Virus genome (UHGV): UHGV-0864147
Direction: 5' to 3' (one strand)
Length of the DNA: 39,187 bases
DNA from: a virus
Shown: piece after piece, positions 8,478 through 16,503 of the stretch
How the letters are laid out: each line of letters begins with the position of its first letter
How positions within the stretch are numbered: the stretch's first letter is position 1
Program-made: the position numbers and the translations under genes
The notes under the pieces: model-generated
What the model was told of the DNA's origin: nothing
The model's database searches: none
Seen by the model: only the letters and a program-made list of their open reading frames with translations

Positions 8478-9062
8478 ATGAAAAGTATCCAGGACGTCCG
8501 CAGGCAAAATCTCAACGACTTGATCGACCGTGAATTCAATGGTGTTCAGACGCGGATGGCAGAAAAACTTGGAACTCAGGCAAATCTGGTAAACCGCTGG
8601 GCTCTTGGCAAGAAGGTTATCGGCGACCAGGTTGCGCGAAAAATTGAAGCTGCCGCCAATAAACCCCGTAACTGGCTTGATATCGATCGCTCGCTTTCTC
8701 AGGAAGGTTTTCAGCCTGTCGGCCCAAGCGACATTGGTCAGCTGGCGGCTCACAACCTGGAACGCTGGATGAGCGAAAGCCGCGACCTTTCAACACAGGG
8801 AAAACTTCACCGCGCATCCGGCGTCGCCCAGGTGACAATCAGCCGCCTGTTAAACAATGAGGTCAGCGTTTCCATTTCCACCCTGGAGAATGTTGCATCC
8901 GCATTCGGGCGTCACGGCTATGAATTACTGATTCACCCGCACGACCCTGCGACCATCAACTATGACCGCTCGCGCTACGCATTGTTACCCGAAACCGAGA
9001 AAGCAAAGATCGAAAGTTACATTGAATTTGTCATCAACCAGAACGAAAAAAACAAACAATAA
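8478..9062 (+). CDS. prophage repressor, two HTH domains, no S24 peptidase domain
   Basis: 194 aa; two XRE-like HTH segments; located at cI position; followed by strong terminator. Confidence 0.55.
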   Translation: MKSIQDVRRQNLNDLIDREFNGVQTRMAEKLGTQANLVNRWALGKKVIGDQVARKIEAAANKPRNWLDIDRSLSQEGFQPVGPSDIGQLAAHNLERWMSESRDLSTQGKLHRASGVAQVTISRLLNNEVSVSISTLENVASAFGRHGYELLIHPHDPATINYDRSRYALLPETEKAKIESYIEFVINQNEKNKQ

Positions 9063-9083
9063 AATCATATTTTTCAGTAAGTA

Positions 9084-9108
9084 AGCCGCCTTCTGGCGGC
9101 TTTTTTAT
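9084..9108 (+). terminator. intrinsic terminator after repressor gene
   Basis: AGCCGCC TTCT GGCGGCT followed by TTTTTTATT. Confidence 0.75.
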
Positions 9109-9119
9109 TGTCTACACAA

Positions 9120-9196
9120 TTACCTTAAGGGTAATTTTTTTAACTCATATCTATTGACACCAAACCAAATACGCATAATCATTACCTCAACGGTAA
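9120..9196. promoter_or_regulatory. OL-like operator pair (9120-9134 and 9182-9196) flanking a TTGACA -35 element (9154-9159)
   Basis: Two perfect TTACC-N5-GGTAA sites; -35 consensus hexamer; -10 assignment uncertain. Confidence 0.5.
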
Positions 9197-9215
9197 CAGA
9201 CCGAGGTAACAAGTT

Positions 9216-9368
9216 ATGCAGTGGAAAATCATCAACGGTTGGTACTGCGTTACTGCATGCGGATTCATGAGCTGGAAGTTCCGCACCTTACAGGAAGGCA
9301 TTAAGTGGGCTTTCGTCAGCAAAGAAGCTCGCGATGTGGCCAACGATAACGAGATATGGGAGGGCTGA
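9216..9368 (+). CDS. small hypothetical protein (50 aa)
   Basis: Not in track; ATG 9216 with GAGGT 8 nt upstream; first gene after PL-like promoter. Confidence 0.3.
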   Translation: MQWKIINGWYCVTACGFMSWKFRTLQEGIKWAFVSKEARDVANDNEIWEG

Positions 9369-9370
9369 TA

Positions 9371-9670
9371 ATGAACGTTAATCAGCAGAAAAATCTTCAA
9401 AAAATCATGCTGGCATTCGACAAGGACTACCGCCTGTCAGAACAGCTATATGACCGACAAGTCGAACTGATTGAGAGTATCCGGCTTCATCAACTGGCCT
9501 CAACTTTTGACGTTGTAACAGGCAAAGGCGTTCGTCAGGAAGTGCTGGAGGCCGCTAAAGACAGCCCTGAGTTCGAAGAACTAATGGATGCCTACCGGCG
9601 AGAGGCAATGGCAATTATCGCCCGCTGGGATCTGGCGGATCAGCTTGATGGACAGAAGGACGCGGCATGA
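9371..9670 (+). CDS. hypothetical protein
   Basis: ATG at 9371 (MNVNQQ...); ATGA overlap with exonuclease start. Confidence 0.45.
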   Translation: MNVNQQKNLQKIMLAFDKDYRLSEQLYDRQVELIESIRLHQLASTFDVVTGKGVRQEVLEAAKDSPEFEELMDAYRREAMAIIARWDLADQLDGQKDAA

Positions 9671-10488
9671 AACCGGGAATTTATTTCGGCATCAGCAACG
9701 AAGACTACCACGCCGGTGACGGCGTGAGTAAGTCGCAACTTGACATGGTTGCCAAGAATCCGGCGCTTCTTAAATGGGTTCAGGCAGCACCAGAAGACGA
9801 AGAGAAAAAGTCTGAACTGGATATGGGAACCGCATTGCACTGTCTGCTTCTGGAACCTGGAGAATTCGACAAACGCTTCATCGTTTCACCGAAATTCGAT
9901 CGTCGGACAAAACAAGGTAAAGCTGACGAAGAAGCATTTCTTCGTGATGTGGCGGATATGGGTATTACGGTACTTGATGTCGAGCAGTGGCGAAAACTGG
10001 AGCTGATGCGTGATAGCACAATGGCTCACCCGGCTGCACGCTGGATGTTGGAAGCACCTGGTTACTGCGAAGCGTCAATGTACTGGAACGATGAAGAGAC
10101 GGGTGAGTTGTGCCGAATTCGTCCAGACAAATGGCTGAACGAGCACAACGTGATCGTCGACGTGAAAAAGGTTGCAGATATGGACCGTTTTGCACGCCAC
10201 ATCGAGGAATTCCGCTACCACGTGCAGGACGCAATGTACCGCGAAGGCGCAATGAGGGTTACTGGTCAGCCGCATGGTTTTTTCTTTCTTGCCGTGAGCG
10301 AAAGCATTGATTGTGGTCGGTATCCGGTACGCGTGTTCGAGCTGGATGCGCAGGATGTCGATGCCGGGCACGCTCTGTTCCGCCGGGATCTGAATACCTA
10401 TCACGAATGCCGCATCAATGATGAATGGGGCGGTGTGGAAATCATTAAACGCCCTGAGTGGGCACGCAAACAGGATATGTACATATGA
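9667..10488 (+). CDS. exonuclease (PD-(D/E)XK family, RecE/YqaJ-like)
   Basis: 273 aa with acidic/lysine catalytic-like motifs (DVKK), translationally coupled to RecT. Confidence 0.7.
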   Translation: MKPGIYFGISNEDYHAGDGVSKSQLDMVAKNPALLKWVQAAPEDEEKKSELDMGTALHCLLLEPGEFDKRFIVSPKFDRRTKQGKADEEAFLRDVADMGITVLDVEQWRKLELMRDSTMAHPAARWMLEAPGYCEASMYWNDEETGELCRIRPDKWLNEHNVIVDVKKVADMDRFARHIEEFRYHVQDAMYREGAMRVTGQPHGFFFLAVSESIDCGRYPVRVFELDAQDVDAGHALFRRDLNTYHECRINDEWGGVEIIKRPEWARKQDMYI

Positions 10489-11426
10489 GCAACGACATCG
10501 CAAACATCAACGCACCAGTAGACACAGCAATCGCTGGAACTGCTGCAACTATTTTCAGCCCAGACGGCTTGAACCAACTGATGAAATTCGCCGAGGTAAT
10601 GGCGCAAAGCCGCGTAACGGTACCGGCGCACCTCGCCGGGAAACCAGCTGATTGCATGGCCGTGGCAATGCAGGCTGCGCAGTGGGGAATGAACCCGTTT
10701 GCCGTGGCTCAGAAAACCCATGTTGTGAACGGCACGCTAGGTTATGAAGCCCAATTAGTAAACGCAGTTATCTCAACGATGTCGCCAACAAAAGATCGCA
10801 TCAACTACGAGTGGTTCGGGCCGTGGGAACGCGTGATCGGTAAGTTTGTTGAGAAAACATCCAAAAACGGCAATCCATATATTGCACCAGGCTGGACTCT
10901 AAAAGACGAAGAAGGCTGCGGTGTTCGCGTATGGGCAACCATGAAGGGCGAGGATCAACCTCGAGTGCTTGAGTTAATGCTATCTCAAGCACAGGTAAGA
11001 AACTCCACACTTTGGGCCAGTGATCCGAAACAACAACTCGCATACCTTGCGACAAAACGCTGGTCTCGCTTGCACTGTCCTGACGTAATCATGGGCGTCT
11101 ACACACCAGACGAATTACAGGAAACGGCACCGCGCGTTGAGCGAGACATTACTCCGCAAACGACCACTGCTGCGGGAATGAACAGTCTGATCAACGCTAA
11201 ACAAGTGAAAAAGCCTGATGAGCAAACGCGTAAAGCGGATAGCCGTGATCCAGAAGAAATGCTGATGGCCTTTACCAGCGCAGCGATGAATTACAGCACT
11301 GTCTCCGAACTGGATAAAGCTTACAAATACATTGCACAAAAACTTTCAGATGATGACGAACTGCTGGCAAAAGCCACCGACGTTTACAGCGTTCGTCGGG
11401 AAGAATTAAACGAAACATCTATGTAA
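10485..11426 (+). CDS. recT: RecT-family single-strand annealing protein
   Basis: Start at ATG overlapping exonuclease stop; sequence resembles RecT family. Confidence 0.8.
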   Translation: MSNDIANINAPVDTAIAGTAATIFSPDGLNQLMKFAEVMAQSRVTVPAHLAGKPADCMAVAMQAAQWGMNPFAVAQKTHVVNGTLGYEAQLVNAVISTMSPTKDRINYEWFGPWERVIGKFVEKTSKNGNPYIAPGWTLKDEEGCGVRVWATMKGEDQPRVLELMLSQAQVRNSTLWASDPKQQLAYLATKRWSRLHCPDVIMGVYTPDELQETAPRVERDITPQTTTAAGMNSLINAKQVKKPDEQTRKADSRDPEEMLMAFTSAAMNYSTVSELDKAYKYIAQKLSDDDELLAKATDVYSVRREELNETSM

Positions 11427-11475
11427 CCACCACCGCGGCGCCACGCGCGCCGCACTGCAACCAAGAGAGGTATTT

Positions 11476-11724
11476 ATGAAAGGTGCATTAGGTAAGAAGG
11501 AACTCCTGGCGGTGGTGCCACTGTCATGGAGCACTATCGACCGCATGGAGCGCGCAGGGGAATTTCCTAAACGCTGGTATATCACTGACAAACGCTGCGC
11601 ATGGAACCGTGATGAAGTTGAGCGTTGGCTTGATGAACGTCAGGCAGCAAGCCCGGCAGAGTTCCAGGGTAAAAAGCCTCCTGTTCAGCAACGTGTATAT
11701 CGTCCTGTGAGCAACGCTGCATGA
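11476..11724 (+). CDS. AlpA-family regulator / excisionase-like
   Basis: 82 aa, LSWSTIDRMERAGEFP motif typical of AlpA/Xis HTH. Confidence 0.6.
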   Translation: MKGALGKKELLAVVPLSWSTIDRMERAGEFPKRWYITDKRCAWNRDEVERWLDERQAASPAEFQGKKPPVQQRVYRPVSNAA

Positions 11725-11833
11725 GTGTGCTGCTAAGGCACTGGAGCAAATGGTCAGGATGGTACTTATTCCTGGCCTCTGTTTCAGCATGGCTTTATCT
11801 GCTGGCATTAATTTTCAGAGAGGGTTGGATTAA

Positions 11834-12133
11834 GTGAGAAAGTTAAGCCGACTTGAAAAATATCACATGAACAAGGTTTCAATGCGCAGTCCGTCAAAGA
11901 TTGTCGCCGTTACTCCTGCGGCGATAGAGTTCGAAAAACGCGCAATTGAAAGAGAGAAAAAAGGACAGTTCCGCATTGCCGCTCACCTTTGGCTTAAGTG
12001 TATGGATGTTGCTTCTGGTGATGTTGAGCGTGCAAGGATCGCGGTTCGCAGGGACCAATGTATCACAAAAGGTAACGGCCTTCGCCGTGGCGACTATAGC
12101 GGCATAGGATGTTGCGGGGTGGTTTATGACTAA
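11834..12133 (+). CDS. hypothetical small regulator (PerC/ANR-like motif, tentative)
   Basis: 99 aa; motif RAIEREKKGQFRIAAHLWLKCM; start codon uncertain (GTG at 11834 or later ATG). Confidence 0.3.
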   Translation: MRKLSRLEKYHMNKVSMRSPSKIVAVTPAAIEFEKRAIEREKKGQFRIAAHLWLKCMDVASGDVERARIAVRRDQCITKGNGLRRGDYSGIGCCGVVYD

Positions 12134-12776
12134 GAAATACACGCTAATCTATGCAGATCCACCCTGGGTATACCGGGACAAAGCCGCAGATGGTAATCGC
12201 GGTGCCGGTTTTAAATATCCGGTTATGAGTGTGCTGGATATCTGCCGCCTTCCTGTGTGGGATTTGGCCGATGAAAACTGTCTGTTGGCCATGTGGTGGG
12301 TGCCAACACAACCACTCGAAGCACTAAAAGTTGTTGAAGCCTGGGGATTCCGTCTGATGACCATGAAGGGTTTCACGTGGATAAAATGTGGTAGTCGACA
12401 ACCAGATAAACTGGTTATGGGTATGGGACACATGACTCGCGCCAATAGTGAAGATTGCCTGTTTGCGGTAAAGGGAAAATTACCTACGCGCATTAATGCA
12501 GGGATCGTTCAGTCATTTACCGCACCGCGGCTTGAACATTCAAGAAAACCAGATGTCGTTCGTGAAAAACTTGTGCAATTGTTAGGCGATGTTTCTCGCA
12601 TTGAACTGTTCGCCCGCCAGTCGTCTCATGGCTTCGATGTTTGGGGTAATCAGTGCGAAGACCCGGCAGTGCAACTACATCCTGGATACGCGTTGGATAT
12701 TGGCGGATTAACAAATGCATTCAGCAATGCTCCGCTGTCACCAACAGACAACCAGGGGCGGGAGCGTGCAGCATGA
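12126..12776 (+). CDS. MT-A70 family N6-adenine DNA methyltransferase
   Basis: DPPW catalytic motif near N-terminus (LIYADPPWVY). Confidence 0.8.
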   Translation: MTKKYTLIYADPPWVYRDKAADGNRGAGFKYPVMSVLDICRLPVWDLADENCLLAMWWVPTQPLEALKVVEAWGFRLMTMKGFTWIKCGSRQPDKLVMGMGHMTRANSEDCLFAVKGKLPTRINAGIVQSFTAPRLEHSRKPDVVREKLVQLLGDVSRIELFARQSSHGFDVWGNQCEDPAVQLHPGYALDIGGLTNAFSNAPLSPTDNQGRERAA

Positions 12777-12967
12777 ACAGGGCATCACCAGCAGATTTAA
12801 GGAAATGCCTTGAAACTGCAAACATGCTTGCACACAGCGGGATCAGGTTTGTTCCAGTTCCAGCTGTCACTGATGCTGAATTTGCAACACTGTCAGCAAT
12901 ATTCGCAGATAAAATTGAATCACTGGCAGCAGAAGCCGAGATGGAAGAAAATCAGCAGAATAATTAA
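12773..12967 (+). CDS. hypothetical small protein (64 aa)
   Basis: ATGA overlap with methyltransferase stop; converges on integrase with 3-bp gap. Confidence 0.35.
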   Translation: MNRASPADLRKCLETANMLAHSGIRFVPVPAVTDAEFATLSAIFADKIESLAAEAEMEENQQNN

Positions 12968-12970
12968 ACG

Positions 12971-14221
12971 TTATTCCCCCGCCATCCACTTCTCAAACTT
13001 CGACGGGGAGAACGGAATCAGATCCGTATGCTCCCCGTTAATCCAGGAATCAATCATATCGGCCCACTGCTGCAACATGTAGGCGCGCTGTCTGGCGTAT
13101 TCCGCTTTGTTATATACGGCGCGCACACCTTTCTGCTCATGTGCCAGAGCCTTTTCAATCCAGTCTGAAGGATAACCAGCCTCATGCAACAACGTACTGG
13201 CTGTACGGCGCATATCGTGTACGGTGAAGCCCTGAATATGCTCACCATCTTCATTTATTATTTTCACCGTTCTGTCGATCAGAGAGTTCAGCGCGGCATT
13301 AGATAATGGCTTCCGGAAATTGTAACGACCAGGAACCAGATATTCACTTCCACCAGCGCACATCTGCAACCCAACCAATATATCCTGTGCCTGTTTAGGC
13401 AGGTAAATAACGTGCGCCCGGCTTCCCTTCATGCGGTCTGAAGGAATTGTCCATGTCCATTTTTTAAAATCTATTTCATCCCACGTTGCATTGGTGAATT
13501 CGCCTTTACGAACCATAGTGATAAGCACCAGCTTTAAAGCCATTTTCATAGTGCCCATAGCACCAATGGCATCCAGCGTGCGGAAGAACAGGCCAATTTC
13601 TTCTGGTGTCAGTGTTCGCTCTCGTGGTTTAAATATGGCGATAGACGAAGGTTTAATGTCAGCCGCAGGATTAAACAAACCATGACCACGGTCATTGGCG
13701 TGACGGTATACGCTGCTGATGATCTCCCTGGCCTGTACTGCTGTTGCCCGACCACCGCGTTCGACAATCCGGTCACACAAATCACGAACCATCGATGTGG
13801 TAATTTCAGCCATCATTTTGTTGCCAAGAACCGGAAGTATGTCACGGTCGATCACCGCCTGCTTCATTGCGCGGGTACTGTCAGCCAGGATGACGTGTTT
13901 CATATAACTGTCGGTATGTACCGCAAACGTCTCGGCACCACGAATCTTTTTGATACCGTCACGTTTAGCCGCAGCCGGTGACTGGCCTGCTTTAAGCAGC
14001 TTCTTTGCAGCAATCAGTTCTTCTCGCGCTTCTGCCAGGCTGATACCGTCACGCCCATACTGCCCGATTACCAGTGTTTCGCGGCGACCGTTGATACGGT
14101 AGTCATAGCGAAACGAGACCGTGCCTGACGTAAGCACAGCTACATACAGCCCGTCACGGTCGGAGACCTTGTACAGTTTGTCCTGCGGCTTGAGGTTTTT
14201 TAATTTTGTATCGGTAAGCAC
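12971..14221 (-). CDS. int: tyrosine integrase
   Basis: 416 aa; conserved C-terminal tyrosine-recombinase residues (R...HDMRRT...Y) recognisable; GTG start. Confidence 0.85.
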   Translation of the reverse strand: MLTDTKLKNLKPQDKLYKVSDRDGLYVAVLTSGTVSFRYDYRINGRRETLVIGQYGRDGISLAEAREELIAAKKLLKAGQSPAAAKRDGIKKIRGAETFAVHTDSYMKHVILADSTRAMKQAVIDRDILPVLGNKMMAEITTSMVRDLCDRIVERGGRATAVQAREIISSVYRHANDRGHGLFNPAADIKPSSIAIFKPRERTLTPEEIGLFFRTLDAIGAMGTMKMALKLVLITMVRKGEFTNATWDEIDFKKWTWTIPSDRMKGSRAHVIYLPKQAQDILVGLQMCAGGSEYLVPGRYNFRKPLSNAALNSLIDRTVKIINEDGEHIQGFTVHDMRRTASTLLHEAGYPSDWIEKALAHEQKGVRAVYNKAEYARQRAYMLQQWADMIDSWINGEHTDLIPFSPSKFEKWMAGE

Positions 14222-14263
14222 AATTCACCCATATAGAAACCATTTTCATGACGGTATGAGAGT

Positions 14264-14278
14264 ATACCTTTAAGGTAA
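14264..14278. promoter_or_regulatory. ATACC-N5-GGTAA site upstream of integrase
   Basis: Near-perfect copy about 45 bp upstream of int start. Confidence 0.4.
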
Positions 14279-14327
14279 TACCGTCACCTGTACCGCCGAA
14301 AAATATGGTGTAGAGTGAATAGAAATG

Positions 14328-14365
14328 AATACATAAAAACAAAAACCCTCTGCAAAAACAGAGGG
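14328..14365 (-). terminator. terminator after lysis cassette
   Basis: CCCTCTG CAAAAA CAGAGGG with U-tract on minus strand. Confidence 0.7.
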
Positions 14366-14515
14366 TTGAGTTAGCATCTGAATAGGAATGATTTGCTATG
14401 AGTTAGCTGTTAATCATTCCCACTCAATTATTTACGGATACCATAACCAATTGATTGATAACAACTTTCTGCAACATGATTTTTACCGTACCGTTTTATA
14501 TACCGTCACCGGAAA

Positions 14516-15013
14516 TCAGTGCCACGATTTTTGCTTCTTCAGTGAATCGTATTGCTGTTCGCAGGATTCTCCTGCAATCCGATACTTTTCAGCCTCAGCT
14601 GCTGTTGCGTTGTAAACTCGATTGCTTTCTTCAAGCATGTCGGCGAGCACACCGATGACCTTGCTGGCTGGCGTGCCAGTGGGGAAAGATCCGGTATAGT
14701 GTTCGGCGAGTCGCTTGGTTTTGTCAAGCTCGGCGCGCAGGCTGTCAGCAGCGGCATTAGCATGCTCAGCATCAACACGCGCCACATCGATACGGGATTG
14801 TGCTTCACGTTCAATTTGTGTTTTCTCCTGATCACGTTGTGACCTGGCCTTATCATCAGCCTGTTTCTGATCTTCCTGTGCCTGCGCATACCCGGCATCG
14901 TACTGGCGGCTGCCGTGCATATTCCAGGCAACCACTCCGACGATGAACAGAGCAGCAAGCATCAACACGATAAGCAACTGTTTCCAGTATGCTTTTACGA
15001 ATGCCCAGATCAT
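14516..15013 (-). CDS. i-spanin (Rz-like)
   Basis: N-terminal TM helix then coiled-coil periplasmic domain; follows endolysin with 4-bp overlap. Confidence 0.6.
   Translation of the reverse strand: MIWAFVKAYWKQLLIVLMLAALFIVGVVAWNMHGSRQYDAGYAQAQEDQKQADDKARSQRDQEKTQIEREAQSRIDVARVDAEHANAAADSLRAELDKTKRLAEHYTGSFPTGTPASKVIGVLADMLEESNRVYNATAAEAEKYRIAGESCEQQYDSLKKQKSWH
14539..14772 (-). CDS. o-spanin (Rz1-like lipoprotein) embedded in Rz
   Basis: Alternate frame inside Rz; [12 protein letters not shown] lipobox followed by Pro-rich sequence. Confidence 0.5.
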   Translation of the reverse strand: MLSMLMPLLTACAPSLTKPSDSPNTIPDLSPLARQPARSSVCSPTCLKKAIEFTTQQQLRLKSIGLQENPANSNTIH

Positions 15014-15639
15014 ACCGCCAGCACATTACTGGCAGTGATGTACCGCGCTCTCCGGTCGTCGATGCCGTTCCTGCCACCATTGATAATCAAAGTTACACGA
15101 GCAATATCGCCGGTATACTTCATGCAACCTTTGCTGGAGAAGAACCACGCCGCGCTACGAGCCGCATATTCGTCCTGCGCTAACAGTTCAGGATTCTCCA
15201 GCAGGTCCACTTTCAGGCCGTTTCCGCAGTCACGATAGTTATTCAAACCGGTAATCTGGATAAGTCCACGGCCTCGGTAATTCCAGCCGTCACCAGGGGA
15301 ATTGTTCCCCATGCGTTTGCTGTACACCAGATTGGCGATCGCTCGCTGGCGCTCGAGTGGCAATGGTGGTTCACCAGCACGGCGACCCAGTGCATTAGCC
15401 TGCCCCTGAGTGAGACGCCCAGCCCGAACGAAGTTAGCCAGACCGCTGACACTGTAGTTGAAATTCTCCTGCAATCTGGTGAAGCCCACAGATTCATGCC
15501 CGACCTGAGCAATAAACATTGCCTGATCCTCTGCTTTGCTGATACCAAACTCTTTCATCGCAGAAGTTATATGCGAGAACCAGCGAGCGGCCAGCGCCTC
15601 TCTAATACCAGCAGCTCGCTGGAATTGTTTAATCTCCAT
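15010..15639 (-). CDS. endolysin, glycoside hydrolase family 19-like
   Basis: Motifs FIAQVGHES and GRGLIQITG typical of GH19 chitinase-like lysozymes. Confidence 0.8.
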   Translation of the reverse strand: MEIKQFQRAAGIREALAARWFSHITSAMKEFGISKAEDQAMFIAQVGHESVGFTRLQENFNYSVSGLANFVRAGRLTQGQANALGRRAGEPPLPLERQRAIANLVYSKRMGNNSPGDGWNYRGRGLIQITGLNNYRDCGNGLKVDLLENPELLAQDEYAARSAAWFFSSKGCMKYTGDIARVTLIINGGRNGIDDRRARYITASNVLAV

Positions 15640-15937
15640 GTTTAGACCTCGTTATTTTGAAAATCTGAACGACGTTACCGCGCGTTTTAATAACCGCAGC
15701 AAGCATGACAGCGTTGATAATGACCTCAGATAAATCCACAGCCATTGGCGTGCGTAACCAGATTGCATAAACGACACGAACAGGAATACTGGCCGCAGCA
15801 ACAATCAGGAAATAAGCAATCCACCCACCCCATCTTCGGTGTTGAGATCCGTTACGCTGGAAAGTGACAACGCGAATTGCTATGCCAGTACAAATAACTG
15901 CATTGGTGATAAGTAAAAACAGGTCATGCGTTACCAT
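15629..15937 (-). CDS. holin-like membrane protein
   Basis: 102 aa with 3 predicted TM segments, immediately upstream of endolysin. Confidence 0.45.
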   Translation of the reverse strand: MVTHDLFLLITNAVICTGIAIRVVTFQRNGSQHRRWGGWIAYFLIVAAASIPVRVVYAIWLRTPMAVDLSEVIINAVMLAAVIKTRGNVVQIFKITRSKHGD

Positions 15938-16328
15938 CGTCTTTTCTCCCCGGAATTAACTCGCGTGGATTATCGGAACGGTGATAGAGCCAGATACCAA
16001 TTCGCACTGCGACAATTGCTGATACGAATGCGCCAGCAGAGAAAACAATCCCTTTCTCGAACGAGTCCTGCGTGATGGTAGGGATCAGGCTGGCTATGCC
16101 GATAAGAATTGATGCTGCTGGTTTGTAAAAAAGAAGGCCGCAGAGAAAGCTGAGCATCGACAAGAATACGCGACGACGAATTGGATACTCTACCGCAGAG
16201 GTAACAAAAATTACCGCACCAGCAAGAGCACCGAGCGCCACCTCTGGCGGAACACCTACGATAACCGCAGCAAGAGAGCTCACACTAAGCCATTGATTTA
16301 AAGACTCAGTTGTTATGTTAACCGACAT
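15924..16328 (-). CDS. holin-like membrane protein
   Basis: About 134 aa, multiple TM segments; overlaps downstream membrane protein gene. Confidence 0.45.
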   Translation of the reverse strand: MSVNITTESLNQWLSVSSLAAVIVGVPPEVALGALAGAVIFVTSAVEYPIRRRVFLSMLSFLCGLLFYKPAASILIGIASLIPTITQDSFEKGIVFSAGAFVSAIVAVRIGIWLYHRSDNPRELIPGRKDDGNA

Positions 16329-16503
16329 AGCACACACCATTTTTTTTGTACATATCGAACCTCTTCACTTACAGGTCACCAAACACAATAAACCATATAT
16401 GTTTAACCATCAGATATTCTGAAATAACTATCAATTCATTGGTTTTTGATGACAATATTCATAAACAACCATAAATGTAAGGATGTTTATTAGTTGCCAA
16501 AAT

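Larger units (their letters stand above)
14222..14515. other. candidate attP / integrase arm-site region
   Basis: 11-bp direct repeat ATACCGTCACC at 14278-14288 and 14500-14510, inverted partial copy TGACGGTAT 14249-14257. Confidence 0.3.

Noticed and set aside
14539-14958. Full 139-aa alternate-frame ORF inside Rz
   Set aside because: Only the 3' portion starting at the lipobox-containing Met (about 14772) looks like a real o-spanin; the longer N-terminus is likely not translated.
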